Source of the DNA: Mytilus trossulus
Lineage: Eukaryota
Direction: 5' to 3'
Assembly: GCF_036588685.1 (NCBI RefSeq)
Contig: NC_086373.1
Location: 62,062,001 to 62,126,000 of the forward strand
DNA: 64,000 bases
Shown: positions 1 to 30,630 of the stretch, piece after piece
Position numbering within the stretch: position 1 is the stretch's first letter
How the letters are laid out: each line of letters begins with the position of its first letter
The notes under the pieces: generated by a model
Told to the model about the DNA's origin: nothing
The model's input: only the letters and a program-made list of their open reading frames with translations
The model's database searches: none
Position numbers and translations under genes: made by a program

Positions 1-233
1 TGGAGATCACACAAGAAGTCTTGTTAATTATTCATTGTAGGTTAAGATTTATTACTACAATCAATCTGGTAATGTCTGCTGTGTGCTTAATTTGCTGTAT
101 TATCATGATCTTGTCTCTTTTTAATTGCTTTGTAAATCTACTTAGCGTAATTTGAGTTTGATTAATTAAATAAGAATGGGGTATTGGCATGAGCACGATT
201 TTCACAATTATAGTATTTGGGTAACTATGTTGA

Positions 234-18149
<17,916 letters not shown>

Positions 18150-18550
18150 TAAATGTATAACTCTTTATTTATGTGTTTATTTAATTACTTCCAATGGTAA
18201 TAGAATACTGTTGCTCACCACAAAGGGTATGTTTAAGGTTGCATGTGTCTGAAGTACAAATTACAAAAAATATATGAATTCTGTCTTTTATAATACTATT
18301 ATAATATTTATTAAATACAATGTATGATATGCAATATTGTTCTGAAAACCTGATCTACATGACAATTTAGATACATAGTACATCTTATGCTATTTACTTA
18401 ATAAAATCACTCATAAAGATACTATTATAGTAGACTATTAGGGTGGACACTATTACAGTGCACACCATTATAATAGCCTTATAATAAGAAACTATAAAAG
18501 TGGATAGTATGAAGTAGGCAGTATTATAATGGACTATTGCAGTAGACAGT

Positions 18551-18799
18551 AGGTGGCCAAGTGGTCTTAGTATACGTAGTTCCTACTGTAATTACTAGCC
18601 TGTCAAGTGAGAGTCAACCTTGAGGTAGTGGGTGCACTCAAATCCAATCTTAATTGACTAGGATAGTCAGTTTTCCTACCTAATGTCGTTGTTTTCTCCT
18701 TCACTCTGGCATCCTACGCCCAATGAAAACTGGCCCCAATGAAATATCCTAAAAGAGTGATGAAAAGTGGTATTAAAACACAAAAAATCAAATCAAATC
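18551..18799 (+). mobile_element. tRNA-derived SINE-like insertion
   Basis: A-box-like TGGCCAAGTGG head and (AAATC)n tail; it interrupts the 15-bp satellite. Confidence 0.55.
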
Positions 18800-18889
18800 T
18801 GCGGACAGTTTCACATTGGACACTATCAAATACACCATCTGTGTGGACATTTTTTACAGTATATACACTTACAGTAAACACAATTCTAG

Positions 18890-20771
18890 AGGACACTATT
18901 AAAGTGGACACTATATTTAATGCAGTAGACACTATTAAAGTGGACACTATATTTAATGCAGTAGACACTATTAAAGTGGACACTATATTTAAGGCAGAAG
19001 ACAATATTAAAGTGGACACTGTATTTAATGCAGAAGACAATATTAAAGTGGACACTGTATTTAATGCAGTAGACAATATTAAAGTGGACACTATATTTAA
19101 TGCAGTAGACAATATTAAAGTGGACACTGTATTTAATGCAGTAGACACTATTAAAGTGGACACTGTATTTAATGCAGTAGACAATATTAAAGTGGACACT
19201 ATATTTAAGACAGAAGACAATATTAAAGTGGACACTATATTTAATGCAGTAGACAATATTAAAGTGGACACTGTATTTAATGCAGTAGACAATATTAAAG
19301 TGGACACTATATTTAAGGCAGAAGACAATATTAAAGTGAACACTATATTTAATGCAGTAGACAATATTAAAGTGGACACTGTATTTAATGCAGTAGACAA
19401 TATTAAAGTGGACACTATATTTAAGACAGAAGACAATATTAAAGTGGACACTGTATTTAATGCAGTAGACAATATTAAAGTGGACACTATATTTAATGTA
19501 GTAGACACTATTAAAGTGGACACTGTTTTTAATGCAGTAGACAATATTAAAGTGGACACTATATTTAAGGCAGTAGACACTATTAAAGTGGACACTATAT
19601 TTAATGCAGTAGACAATTTTAAAGTGGACACTATATTTAAGGCAGTAGACACTATTAAAGTGGACACTGTATTTTATGCAGTAGACAATTTTAAAGTGGA
19701 CACTATATTTAAGGCAGTAGACACTATTAAAGTGGACACTATATTTAATGCAGTAGACAATTTTAAAGTGGACACTATATTTAAGGCAGTAGACACTATT
19801 AAAGTGGACACTGTATTTAATGCAGTAGACAATTTTAAAGTGGACACTATATTTAAGGCAGTAGACACTATTAAAGTGGACACTATATTTAATGCAGTAG
19901 ACACTATTAAAGTGGACACTATATTTAAGGCAGAAGACAATATTAAAGTGGACACTGTATTTAATGCAGAAGACAATATTAAAGTGGACACTGTATTTAA
20001 TGCAGTAGACAATATTAAAGTGGACACTATATTTAATGCAGTAGACAATATTAAAGTGGACACTGTATTTAATGCAGTAGACACTATTAAAGTGGACACT
20101 GTATTTAATGCAGTAGACAATATTAAAGTGGACACTATATTTAAGGCAGAAGACAATATTAAAGTGGACACTATATTTAATGCAGTAGACAATATTAAAG
20201 TGGACACTGTATTTAATGCAGTAGACAATATTAAAGTGGACACTATATTTAAGACAGAAGACAATATTAAAGTGGACACTGTATTTAATGCAGTAGACAA
20301 TATTAAAGTGGACACTATATTTAATGTAGTAGACACTATTAAAGTGGACACTGTATTTAATGCAGTAGACAATATTAAAGTGGACACTATATTTAAGGCA
20401 GTAGACACTATTAAAGTGGACACTATATTTAATGCAGTAGACAATTTTAAAGTGGACACTATATTTAAGGCAGTAAACACTATTAAAGTGGACACTATAT
20501 GTAATGCAGTAGACAATTTTAAAGTGGACACTATATTTAAGGCAGTAGACACTATTAAAGTGGACACTATATTTAATGCAGTAGACAATTTTAAATTGGA
20601 CACTATATTTAAGGCAGTAGACACTATTAAAGTGGACACTATATTTAATGCAGTAGACAATTTTAAAGTGGACACTATATTTAAGGCAGTAGACACTATT
20701 AAAGTGGACACTGTATTTAATGCAGTAGACAATTTTAAAGTGGACACTATATTTAATGCAGTAGACAATAT
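18890..20771. repeat. Homogeneous 36-bp minisatellite (about 52 units; dimer of 18-bp subunits)
   Basis: Unit ATTAAAGTGGACACTATATTTAATGCAGTAGACAAT with no indels. It accounts for the long ORFs 18739-20805, 18886-20850, 18714-19667 and 19674-20789. Confidence 0.97.
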
Positions 20772-22654
20772 TTTTGTAGACACGTTCATGACTAGACATT
20801 ATTAGGGGAGACATTTTAAAGTGATTACAGAAGACAGTATTACAATGCACACTATTACAGAAGAAACTAGTAAGATTGACACTATTACAATCCGCTGTAT
20901 TATAATGGACACCATTACAGTGAAAAGTATCACAGTGGGCATTATTGCAATGACACCATTACATTATACAATATTACAGTGTACAAAACTATTACAGTAG
21001 ACACTAGTACAGCGGATAGTAGTATAGTGGATACTATTACAGAAGACAGTATAACAGTGGACCCTATTACAACTGACAAAACTATTATAGGAGACATTGT
21101 TAGGGTGGAAAGAATTAAAGCAGACTATTATAGTTGAATCTTTTTCAGTGAACATTATTACAGTAGACCTTTAAAATTCACAGTTTTACAGTGGACACCT
21201 TTACAGTTAACATTATTACAATAGACACTAAGTGGACAGTATTACAGTGGAAATAATTTTTGTGCCCACTAATTCAGGAGACACCTAGATTTTTAGTATA
21301 ACAGTGGACAGTATAACAAAGGACACCATTATAGTGGAAAGTATTACAATGGACAGTATTACAATGAACACCGTTACAGTGGACAGTATTACAATGGACA
21401 CCCTAACAGTGAACAGTATTACAGTGGACACCATTACAGTGGATAGTATTACAGTGGACACTATTACAGCAGATACTATGACTGGATAATATTACAGTGG
21501 ACAGTATTACAGTGGAAATAACTTTTGTGCTCACTAATTCAGGAGACACCTAAATTTTTAGTATGACAGTGGACAGTATAATAATGGACACCATTACAGT
21601 GGACAGTATTACAATGGACGCCGTTACAGTGGACAGTATTACTATGGACACCATTACAGTGGACAGTATTACAGTGAACACCATTACAGTGAACACCATT
21701 ACAATGGACACCCTTACAGTGGACAGTATTACAGTGGACACCATTACAGTGAACAGTATTACAGTGGACACCATTACAGTGGATAGTATTACAGTGGACA
21801 CTATTACAGCAGACACTATGACAGTTGATAAAGTACAGTGGAAATAACTTTTGTGCTCACTAATGCAGGAAACACCTAAATTTTTAGTATGACAGTGGAC
21901 AGTATAACAATGGACACCATTATAGTGAACAGTATTACAATGGACAGCATTACAATGGACACCGTTACAGTGGACAGTATTACAATGGACACCATTACAG
22001 TGAACACCATTACAATGAACAGTATTACAGTGGACACCATTACAGTGGATAGTATTACAGTGGACACTATTACAGCAGACACTATGACAGTGGACACCAT
22101 TACAGTGGATAGTATTACAGTGGAAATAATTTGTGTGCTCACTAATTCAGGAGACACCTAAATGTTTAGTTTAACAGTGGACAGTATTACAGTGGACACT
22201 ATTACGGTAGACAATGGTTCAATATCCACTATTACAATGGACACAATAACATAAGACACCATTCGAGTAGACACTTTTATGGAAAGAACTAATTAGTATG
22301 GCCCAGTCAGTATGAGAATACAAGAAAGTAGAATACATTTCAAATAAAATAGTTCTTGTGCATACATGTAGCTGTATCTTTGTCAATAGGTAAAATGAAA
22401 GCTTGGGGACAGGGGATCACATTAGAAACATTCTTAAAAGTTTCTTTTGAATACTAAAAAAAAAAGATACAGTGTTATCGTATGCATATTTGCCCTGTTG
22501 TTAAGTATCAGAAATACTTGTTTTTTGTAACATCACACTTAAGGCATAGTCCTGACATGAAACGACTGTCACTTTATATGAACTTATACAATGTAGCCAT
22601 TATTGCTAAAAATTGCAGAATTGAACTTACAAACTGACGGGGCAAAGAAATGGT

Positions 22655-22882
22655 TTTACATATTTGTTTTTCGTTCATTTTTTTACATAAATAAGGCAGT
22701 TAGTTTTCTCGTTTGAATTGTTTTACACTGCCTATCGGGGCCTTTTATAGCTGACTATGCGGTATGGGCTTTGCTCATTGTTGAAGGCCGTACGGTGACC
22801 TATAATTGTTAATGTTTGTGCCATTTTGGTCTTTTGTGAATAGTTGTCTCATTGGCAATCATACCACATCTTCTTTTTTATA
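22655..22882 (+). mobile_element. SINE-like repeat, subfamily A
   Basis: Reverse complement of 3441-3670. Confidence 0.7.
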
Positions 22883-23346
22883 TTTACTCTATTATAGTAG
22901 ACACTTTTAGTAGCCACCATAACAGTTGACACTGTTACAGTCCGCTGTATTATAATGGACATTATTACAGTACAAATTATTACAGTGGGCATTATTACAA
23001 TGACACCATTACAGTAGACACTATTACAGTGGCCACCATTACAGTTGACACTATTACAGTCCGCTGTATTAAAGTTGACACTATAACAGAAGACAGTATA
23101 ACAATACTGACACTACAACAGAAGACAGTATTATAATATTCTATTTAAAGCCGACAAAATATTACAGGAGACACTAGTACAGCGGACACAATTACAGTAA
23201 ATACTATAACAATAGACACGAATTCAGTTTCATTTGGTTGAGGTCGATTTATTGTTTGTCACTATTTAACTGTAACCTTGATTCAATTATATTTTTTCAA
23301 ATGGTTTGCCAATACATCAGAGAGCAAGTTTCATTGATCTACTTGT

Positions 23347-24243
23347 AAAAGAGGGACGAGAGATACCAGAGGGACAGTCAAACTCGTAAATCAAAAATAA
23401 ACCGACAACGCCATGGCTAAAAACGAAAAAGACAAACACAAACAATAGTACAAATGACACAACATAAAAAACTAAAGAATAAGCAACACGAATCCCACCA
23501 AAAACTACGGATGATATCAGGTGCTCCGGAAGGGTAAGCAGATCCTGCTTCACATCTGGCGACCGTCGTGTAGCTTGTGTGATAACAAATCCGGTAAATA
23601 ATATAATTTGCATGCTCACATTCATGAAAGGGAAGGGGTCTGTAGTTACGACGTAAGGAACATATCTTTTATTATATGTGAAACGGTTATTCCATAACGG
23701 TCAACCAACTTGTAATGGCGTCCGTAAAACTAACGAAGGGATGATTTCAATATACTTCACCATTTGGAACTCTTGGTTTAATAGCTTCCTTGTTAGTAGC
23801 AACCCTCTATCAAAAAAATCATGATAGGAAAAGCAAGCAATTGGGAGATATATTCCCCGTATCATCGCCATGTACTGCTGGAATGTTGCTACTTAGAAAT
23901 GGAAAGTTCACAATTTGAAAGCTGAAATCATATCTTTTGTCGTAAAGTTTTGTTTTCAACTACCCTCATTGTCAATTTCTAGATTAAAGTCAAGATATGA
24001 GGCCGACTTAACTGAATCTGTAGTATCCTTTATCTCTTATACTAGTTCGATGGAATAGATGCGTTCAACATGGTCACCAAATTTTGAATTATTTAGTGAA
24101 AGCACATCATCTATATGGCGGAAAGTAGAGTTAAAGGATATTGCTAACTTCTTATCTTTCTTCCTAAGAAGTTCCTGTATGAAGTCAGCCTCGTGATAAT
24201 AAAGAAACAAGTCGGCAGGAAGAGGGGCATAATTTGTTCCCAT
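23347..24243 (-). pseudogene. 5'-truncated, decayed Penelope-like retroelement (RT C-terminal half plus 3' tail)
   Basis: MGTNYAPLPADLFL...FRHIDDVLSLN resembles the RT B/C motifs, with YIDD changed to HIDD. After a stop it continues as IKDTTDSVKSASYLD..LKTKLYDKR..F.IVNFPFLSSNIPA, a PLE-type thumb region, with stops and frameshifts. Confidence 0.8.
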
Positions 24244-24984
24244 TACACTTTACAGCTAAAAATTACCTTGAACACCACAGTTGTGAAATATTCTGACTTA
24301 GTGATGAAAATTAGCAATAAAAGCGCTGCTCCTTTGTTTCTCTCTTTTGTTCTTTTGCTGTAAATGTACTGATTTTGTTTCGTGGATAGATATCCATATC
24401 CTTCGTTTTCAATTAAAGTTGCATAAACCATTGGCATACAATATATTGACTTCGATAAAAACAAAGCACTACAAAATAATGGACCGAAATGGGGACAAAG
24501 AAACAAACAGACATTGGAATTTGCTTACAATCAATACAGCTTATGTCATGATATTACAACAATTATCTTTATTACTGAGTTTAGTTACCGTAAAAATAAC
24601 TATAGGAGTGATTACTAGCATGCAACTGCTCTAACGTCAGCCCTTAAATTTGACAAAAAATATCGGATAAATGGATTTAAAATTGTAAATATAAATGGAT
24701 AATTTTGTGGAGGTCGATTTAATTTTTGTCACAATATCACAATAACATTTAATTATAATTTTGCAAATGATATCGTGACCTATACACCAAGATAAGTATG
24801 ATAAGCGATGGCCTGGATTTTTGAACAATTAGTATATATCAGATTATTTTTTTAAAGGTTTTCGTTTTATCAAATTAAGTTTGGCTTGTGTTGTTAACAG
24901 TTGAACACATTACCCTTTCCCATGACCTGAGTTTGCATCTGCCCGCTTATGTTGGCTTTATTGTTCAATTTTTCTGATCAGTTT

Positions 24985-25498
24985 TTTATATGACCGCAAA
25001 AATTATTTTGGTCGTATATTGGTACAACATGTATCTCGTCGTCGTCAGCGTCGTCCGAAGACGGATGATTTCCAGATAATAACTTTAGTATAAGTAAATA
25101 GAAATCAAAAAAATTTTAACACAAGGTTTATAACCACTAAAGGAAATTTGGAATTGATTTTGGGGATTAGATGCAAAAAGGGTCCAAAATTAAACTTTTG
25201 TTTGATTTCATAAAAAATGAATTATTGGGGTTCTTTGATATGCCGAATCTGATTTCAACAAAAAATGAATATATCAGGTTCTTTGATATGCTGAATCTAA
25301 CCATGTCATTAGATTTTGGAAATTGAACCATTAAAGGTAAATGTCAAATTTCAAAATTTTAGGTTCTTAAGACCGCATTCATTCTGTGTCAGAAACATAT
25401 GCTCATTGCTGTGTCAACTATTTAATCACAATCCAAATTCAGAGATGTATCAGGCTTGAATGTTGTCTCCATACTTGCCCCAACTGTATAGGGTTTGA
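24985..25498 (+). mobile_element. Third HINE-like family, 3'-truncated
   Basis: T-run, TATATGACC..GGTCGTATA stem, (GTC)n microsatellite; abuts the inverted HINE at 25508. Confidence 0.55.
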
Positions 25499-25507
25499 AT
25501 AAAAAAA

Positions 25508-27159
25508 CTAGAGGCTCTAAAGAGCCTGTGTCGCTCACCTTGGTCTATGTGAATATTAAATAAAGGAAGCAGATTGAAAATTGACTACAAAGGTCAATAA
25601 CTCCTACAGGGGTCAATTGACCATTTCGTTCATGTTTACTTATTTGTAGATCTTACTTTGCTGAAAATTATTGCTGTTTATAGTTTACCTATATCTATAA
25701 TAATATTCAATATAATAACCAAAAACAGCAAAATGTCCTTAAAATTACCAATTCAGGGGCCGCAACCCAAAAACAGGTTGTCCAATTCATCTGAAAATTT
25801 CAGGGCAGATAGATCTTGACCTGATTAACAATTTTACTTCATGTCAGATTTTCTCTAAATTATTTGGTTTTTGAGTTATAAGCCAAAAACTGCATTTTAC
25901 CCCTATGTTCTATTTTTAGCCGTGGCGGCCATCTTGGTTTGATGGCCAAGTCACCGGACACATTTTTTAAACAAGAAACCCCAAAGATGATTGTGGCCAA
26001 GTTTGGATCAATTTGGCACAGCAGTTTCAGAGAAGAAGATTTTAGTGAAAGATATATAAAATTTACGAAAAATGGTTAAAAATTGACTTTAAAGGGCAAT
26101 AACTCCTAAAGAGGTCAACTGACCATTTTGGTCATGTTGACTTATTTGTAACTCTGACCTTGCTGAACATTATTGCTGTTTACAGTTTACCTATATCTAT
26201 AATAATATTCAATATAATAACCAAAAACAGCAAAATTTCCTTAAAATTAACAATTCAGGGGCCGCAACCCAAAAACAGGTTGTCCAATTCATCTGAAAAT
26301 TTCAGGGCAGATAGATCTTCACCTGATTAACAATTTTATCCAATGTCAGATTTGCTCTAAATGATTTGGTTTTTGAGTTATAAGCCAAAAACTGCATTTT
26401 ACCCCTATGTTCTATTTATAGCCATGGCGGTCATCTTGGTTAGTTGGCGGGGTCACCGGACACAATTTTTAAACTAGATACCCCAATGATGATTGTGGCC
26501 AAGTTTCAAATAATTTGGTCCGGCAGTTTCAGAGGAGAAGATTTTTCTAAAAGATTACTAAGATTTACGAAAAATGGTTAAAAATTGACTATAAAGGGCA
26601 ATAACTCCTAAAGTGGTCAACTGATCATTTTGGTCATGTTGACTTATTTGTAGATCTTACTTTGCTGAACATTATTGCTTTTCACAGTTTATCTCTATCT
26701 AAAATAATATTCAAGATAATAACCAAAAACAACAAAATGTCCTTAAAATTACCAATTCAGGGGCAGCAACCTAACAACGGAATGTCAGATTCATCTGAAA
26801 ATTTCAGAGCAGATAGATCTTAACCTGATTAACAATATTACCCCTTGTCAGATTTGCCCTAAATGCTTTGGTTTTTGAGTTATAAGCCAAAAACTGCATT
26901 TTACCCCTATGTTCTATTTATAGCCATGGCGGCCATCTTGGTTAGTTGGCGAGGTCACCGGACACAATTTTTAAACTAGATACCCCAATGATGATTGTGG
27001 CCAAGTTTGGTTAAATTTGGCCTAGTAGTTTCAGAGGAGAAGATTTTTGTAAAAGTTAACGCCGGACGCAGGACGACGACGACGACGACGGACGACGACG
27101 GACGCCGGACGCCAAGTGATGAGAAAAGCTCACTTGGCCCTTCGGGCCAGGTGAGCTAA
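25508..27159 (-). mobile_element. Full-length HINE with about 3 internal ~500-bp repeats
   Basis: Reverse complement of the 12761-14520 family. Unit marker at about 26024, 26527 and 27029; both termini are intact. Confidence 0.85.
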
Positions 27160-28898
27160 AAAGTAATATAAGGGCCTCAAAAGCAGGAGAAGGCACAATG
27201 TCATGCAAAATTTAAAAAAAACGTCATTCTTTTTTCTTTATCTTGCCGACAGACTTAAATTCAACTGTCATCATATGATATTTCATATTATTTATATTGA
27301 CAGCAGAAATAGCAGGCTAGACGAATGCGTTCCACAGACCCCTTTACGTATTATCCCTTGAGTATCCTTATTATCTAATTGCCATGCATATATGGGTGGT
27401 AAACTAATTAATACAACGAAAATCACACTCAAATCAAATGTTATGGTGTTGCCCTCATATAGAATTCAGTCTGCCTCATTGATCATAGAGTGTTGGTTAC
27501 TTAAGTTCAGTGGTACATATTTCGTGCATATTGAGAGAAAAAATTCTACCATAAATGTTCCAATGAGACAAATCTCTCGTCCAAGTCACAGTTTGTCAAA
27601 GTAAAACATTTATATTTAATTCCCTGGTTAGTCTTACTAGTTGTCGTGGTCTTGTTTCACTCCACTGGGTTTGTCACGGATTTCTTATTTCATCTTTAAT
27701 TTCTCTCAATTATTCACTTTCTTACGCAAATGCATGCTATATCAAACCTTAAAACGAAGCTAAATAATAACACTTCAAAATAATTAAAGTGTTATTAAAA
27801 CTTTAACAGTTTATTGTGAATTAAAATATTGACCACTTTAACAAATATTGATAAATGGTATATAAAATTATTATAAAGTGTGTTCAATAACATGGCTGTA
27901 GGTATTTTAAAAAGAATGAAAAACTTTTACCTTTTTTATGTTTCAAGTATACTGAGCGTATTTGTTTTTATTTAGATTTACGTCTACTTGTCCATTAAGC
28001 CATGCTTGTTTAAAGTCATAAGAAACCTCAAATTTAAAAAAAAATGGATAGTTTTCATTATACAACTTATGTACATGTACCTTTTTTTGATGAAAATTCT
28101 TTAATTTGTCCACATTTAGAAGAAGTTAACTTATTGTTGATTGCTTGCTTCCAGGAAGCAATTTACCGACATATTTTCCGTATGCATAGTGACCTGAGCG
28201 TAACCCTCCTCGTAAAAATCCGGTGATCGCAATACGCATGGATCTGTCATTAAAATAAACAATTATCTGATTGTACATGTTAAACACGTGCTCAATACCC
28301 ATTTTTGCGATTTGTTTACCATAAGGTGACAATCGGTAAACTTTGGCTTCAAAACACGGCATTTAATGAGCAGCCATAATTGTTAAATCATAACAGACAT
28401 ATCTAGAGAAAACAAAATTGACGATTATACGATGTATTTGCATAAAAAATGATAAAATCGTGCACAGAGTACTAAGTTTATCATCTATACATCAATTGCA
28501 CATCGTCCGGTTAAAGCCGTCATTTTTATTCCCAATTCGCTTTCCCATTTATGTATTTATACGACATTACACATGCATGTGGTCAATTAATATTTTCGGT
28601 TTCAATCTATTTCCCTGATTGTCGCTTAAACTCTCTGGACTTAAAATGGACTAATATAACGTTTTAGAGTAAAACAATTAAAACATTTTCATATCTTGAA
28701 TATGCATGAACTATCATCCGCCGGACGGCAATGGCCTAGATATTTAACATTTTTCAACTGTGGAATTTCGAAAACCGGAGAAACAGTTTATCTTATCAAA
28801 TAACTGAGGACCTCTTATATACGACAAGCTATGTAAACCTCTTTGCAAAAACAGTCATAATAATTAGTTATCAAAGGTACCAGGATTATAATTTAGTA

Positions 28899-28940
28899 CG
28901 CCAGACGCGCGTTTCGTCTACATAAGACTCACCAGTGACG
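28899..28940 (-). ncRNA. Minimal type-I hammerhead ribozyme, A6G core variant
   Basis: CGUCA-CUGGUGA-GUC uuaugua GAC-GAA-ACGCGCGU-C-UGGCG. Confidence 0.75.
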
Positions 28941-29243
28941 CTCAAATCAAAATATTTATAAAGCCAAACAAGTATAAAGTTGAAGAGCATTGAGGATCCA
29001 AAATTCCAAAAAGTTGTGCCAAATACTGCAAAGGTAATCTATACCTGGGATAAGAAAATTCTTAGTTTTTCGAAAATTTAAAGTTTTGTAAACGGAAAAT
29101 TTAAAAATGACCACATTATTGATATTCATGTCAACACAGAACTACTGGGCTGGTGATACCCTCGGGTACGAAACGTCCACCAGCAGTGGCATCGTCCCAG
29201 TGGTGTAAATAGTTATCAAAGGTACCAGGATTATAATTTAGTA

Positions 29244-29285
29244 CGCCAGACGCGCGTTTCGTCTACATAAGACTCACCAGTGACG
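29244..29285 (-). ncRNA. Minimal type-I hammerhead ribozyme, A6G core variant
   Basis: Identical to 28899-28940. Confidence 0.75.
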
Positions 29286-29588
29286 CTCAAATCAAAATAT
29301 TTATAAAGCCAAACAAGTATAAAGTTGAAGAGCATTGAGGATCCAAAATTCCAAAAAGTTGTGCCAAATACTGCTAAGGTAATCTATACCTGGGATAAGA
29401 AAATTCTTAGTTTTTCGAAAATTTAAAGTTTTGTAAACGGAAAATTTAAAAATGACCACATTATTGATATTCATGTCAACACAGAACTACTGGGCTGGTG
29501 ATACCCTCGGGTACGAAACTTCCACCAGCAGTGGCATCGTCCCAGTGGTGTAAATAGTTATCAAAGGTACCAGGATTATAATTTAGTA

Positions 29589-29630
29589 CGCCAGACGCGC
29601 GTTTCGTCTACATAAGACTCACCAGTGACG
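29589..29630 (-). ncRNA. Minimal type-I hammerhead ribozyme, A6G core variant
   Basis: Identical to 28899-28940. Confidence 0.75.
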
Positions 29631-29933
29631 CTCAAATCAAAATATTTATAAAGCCAAACAAGTATAAAGTTGAAGAGCATTGAGGATCCAAAATTCCAAA
29701 AAGTTGTGCCAAATACTGCTAAGGTAATCTATACCTGGGATAAGAAAATTCTAAGTTTTTCAAAAATTTAAAGTTTTGTAAACGGAAAATTTAAAAATGA
29801 CCACATTATTGATATTCATGTCAACACAGAACTACTGGGCTGGTGATACCCTCGGGGACGAAACGTCCACCAGCAGTGGCATCGACCCAGTGGTGTAAAT
29901 AGTTATCAAAGGTACCAGGATTATAATTTAGTA

Positions 29934-29974
29934 CGCCAGACGCGCGTTTCGTCACATAAGACTCACCAGTGACG
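29934..29974 (-). ncRNA. Minimal type-I hammerhead ribozyme, A6G variant with a 1-nt loop II deletion
   Basis: As above, with loop II uuaugu. Confidence 0.72.
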
Positions 29975-30277
29975 CTCAAATCAAAATATTTATAAAGCCA
30001 AACAAGTATAAAGTTGAAGAGCATTGAGGATCCAAAATTCCAAAAAGTTGTGCCAAATACTGCTAAGGTAATCTATACCTGGGATAAGAAAATTCTTAGT
30101 TTTTCGAAAATTTAAAGTTTTGTAAACGGAAAATTTAAAAATGACCACATTATTGATATTCATGTCAAAACAGAACTACTGGGCTGGTGATACCCTCAGG
30201 GACGAAACGTCCACCAGCAGTGGCATCGACCCAGTGGTGTAAATAGTTATCAAAGGTACCAGGGTTATAATTTAGTA

Positions 30278-30319
30278 CGCCAGACGCGCGTTTCGTCTTC
30301 ATTAAACTCATCAGTGACG
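30278..30319 (-). ncRNA. Minimal type-I hammerhead ribozyme, canonical core
   Basis: CGUCA-CUGAUGA-GUU uaaugaa GAC-GAA-ACGCGCGU-C-UGGCG. All conserved core bases, GUC cleavage triplet, palindromic helix III. Confidence 0.88.
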
Positions 30320-30630
30320 CTCAAATCAAAATATTTATAAAGCCAAACAAGTATAAAGTTGAAGAGCATTGAGGATCCAAAATTCCAAAAAGTTGTGCCA
30401 AATACTGTTAAGGTAATCTATACCTGGGATAAGAAAATTCTTAGTTTTTCGAAAATTTAAAGTTTTGTAAAGGGAAAATTTAAAAAATGACCACATTATT
30501 GATATTCATGTCAACACAGAAGTGTTGACTACTAGGCTGGTGATACCCTCGGGGACGAAACGTCCACCAGCAGTGGCATCGACCCAGTGGTGTAAATAGT
30601 TATCAAAGGTACCAGGATTATAATTTAGTA

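Larger units (their letters stand above)
18415..23220. repeat. Degenerate 15-bp minisatellite field (GTGGACACTATTACA) containing younger arrays and insertions
   Basis: 15-mer copies at about 18415-18550, 18800-18890, 20800-22280 and 22885-23220. Confidence 0.85.

Noticed and set aside
18551-18620. tRNA gene
   Set aside because: Only an A-box-like motif is present, with no cloverleaf; better explained as a SINE head.
18714-20850. Long ORFs of 688, 654, 371 and 317 aa as real genes
   Set aside because: They arise from a stop-free 36-bp tandem unit on both strands. The plus ORF's start lies in a SINE tail, and its variants are almost all non-synonymous.
21230-22200. CRISPR-like repeat/spacer array, or pentapeptide-repeat/antifreeze gene
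   Set aside because: The 'spacers' are homologous 15-mer runs, the linkers contain stops, and no splice structure is evident.
29832-29893. Canonical HDV-like ribozyme
   Set aside because: It lacks P1.1, P4 and the catalytic J4/2 C. Kept only as an unexplained structured motif.
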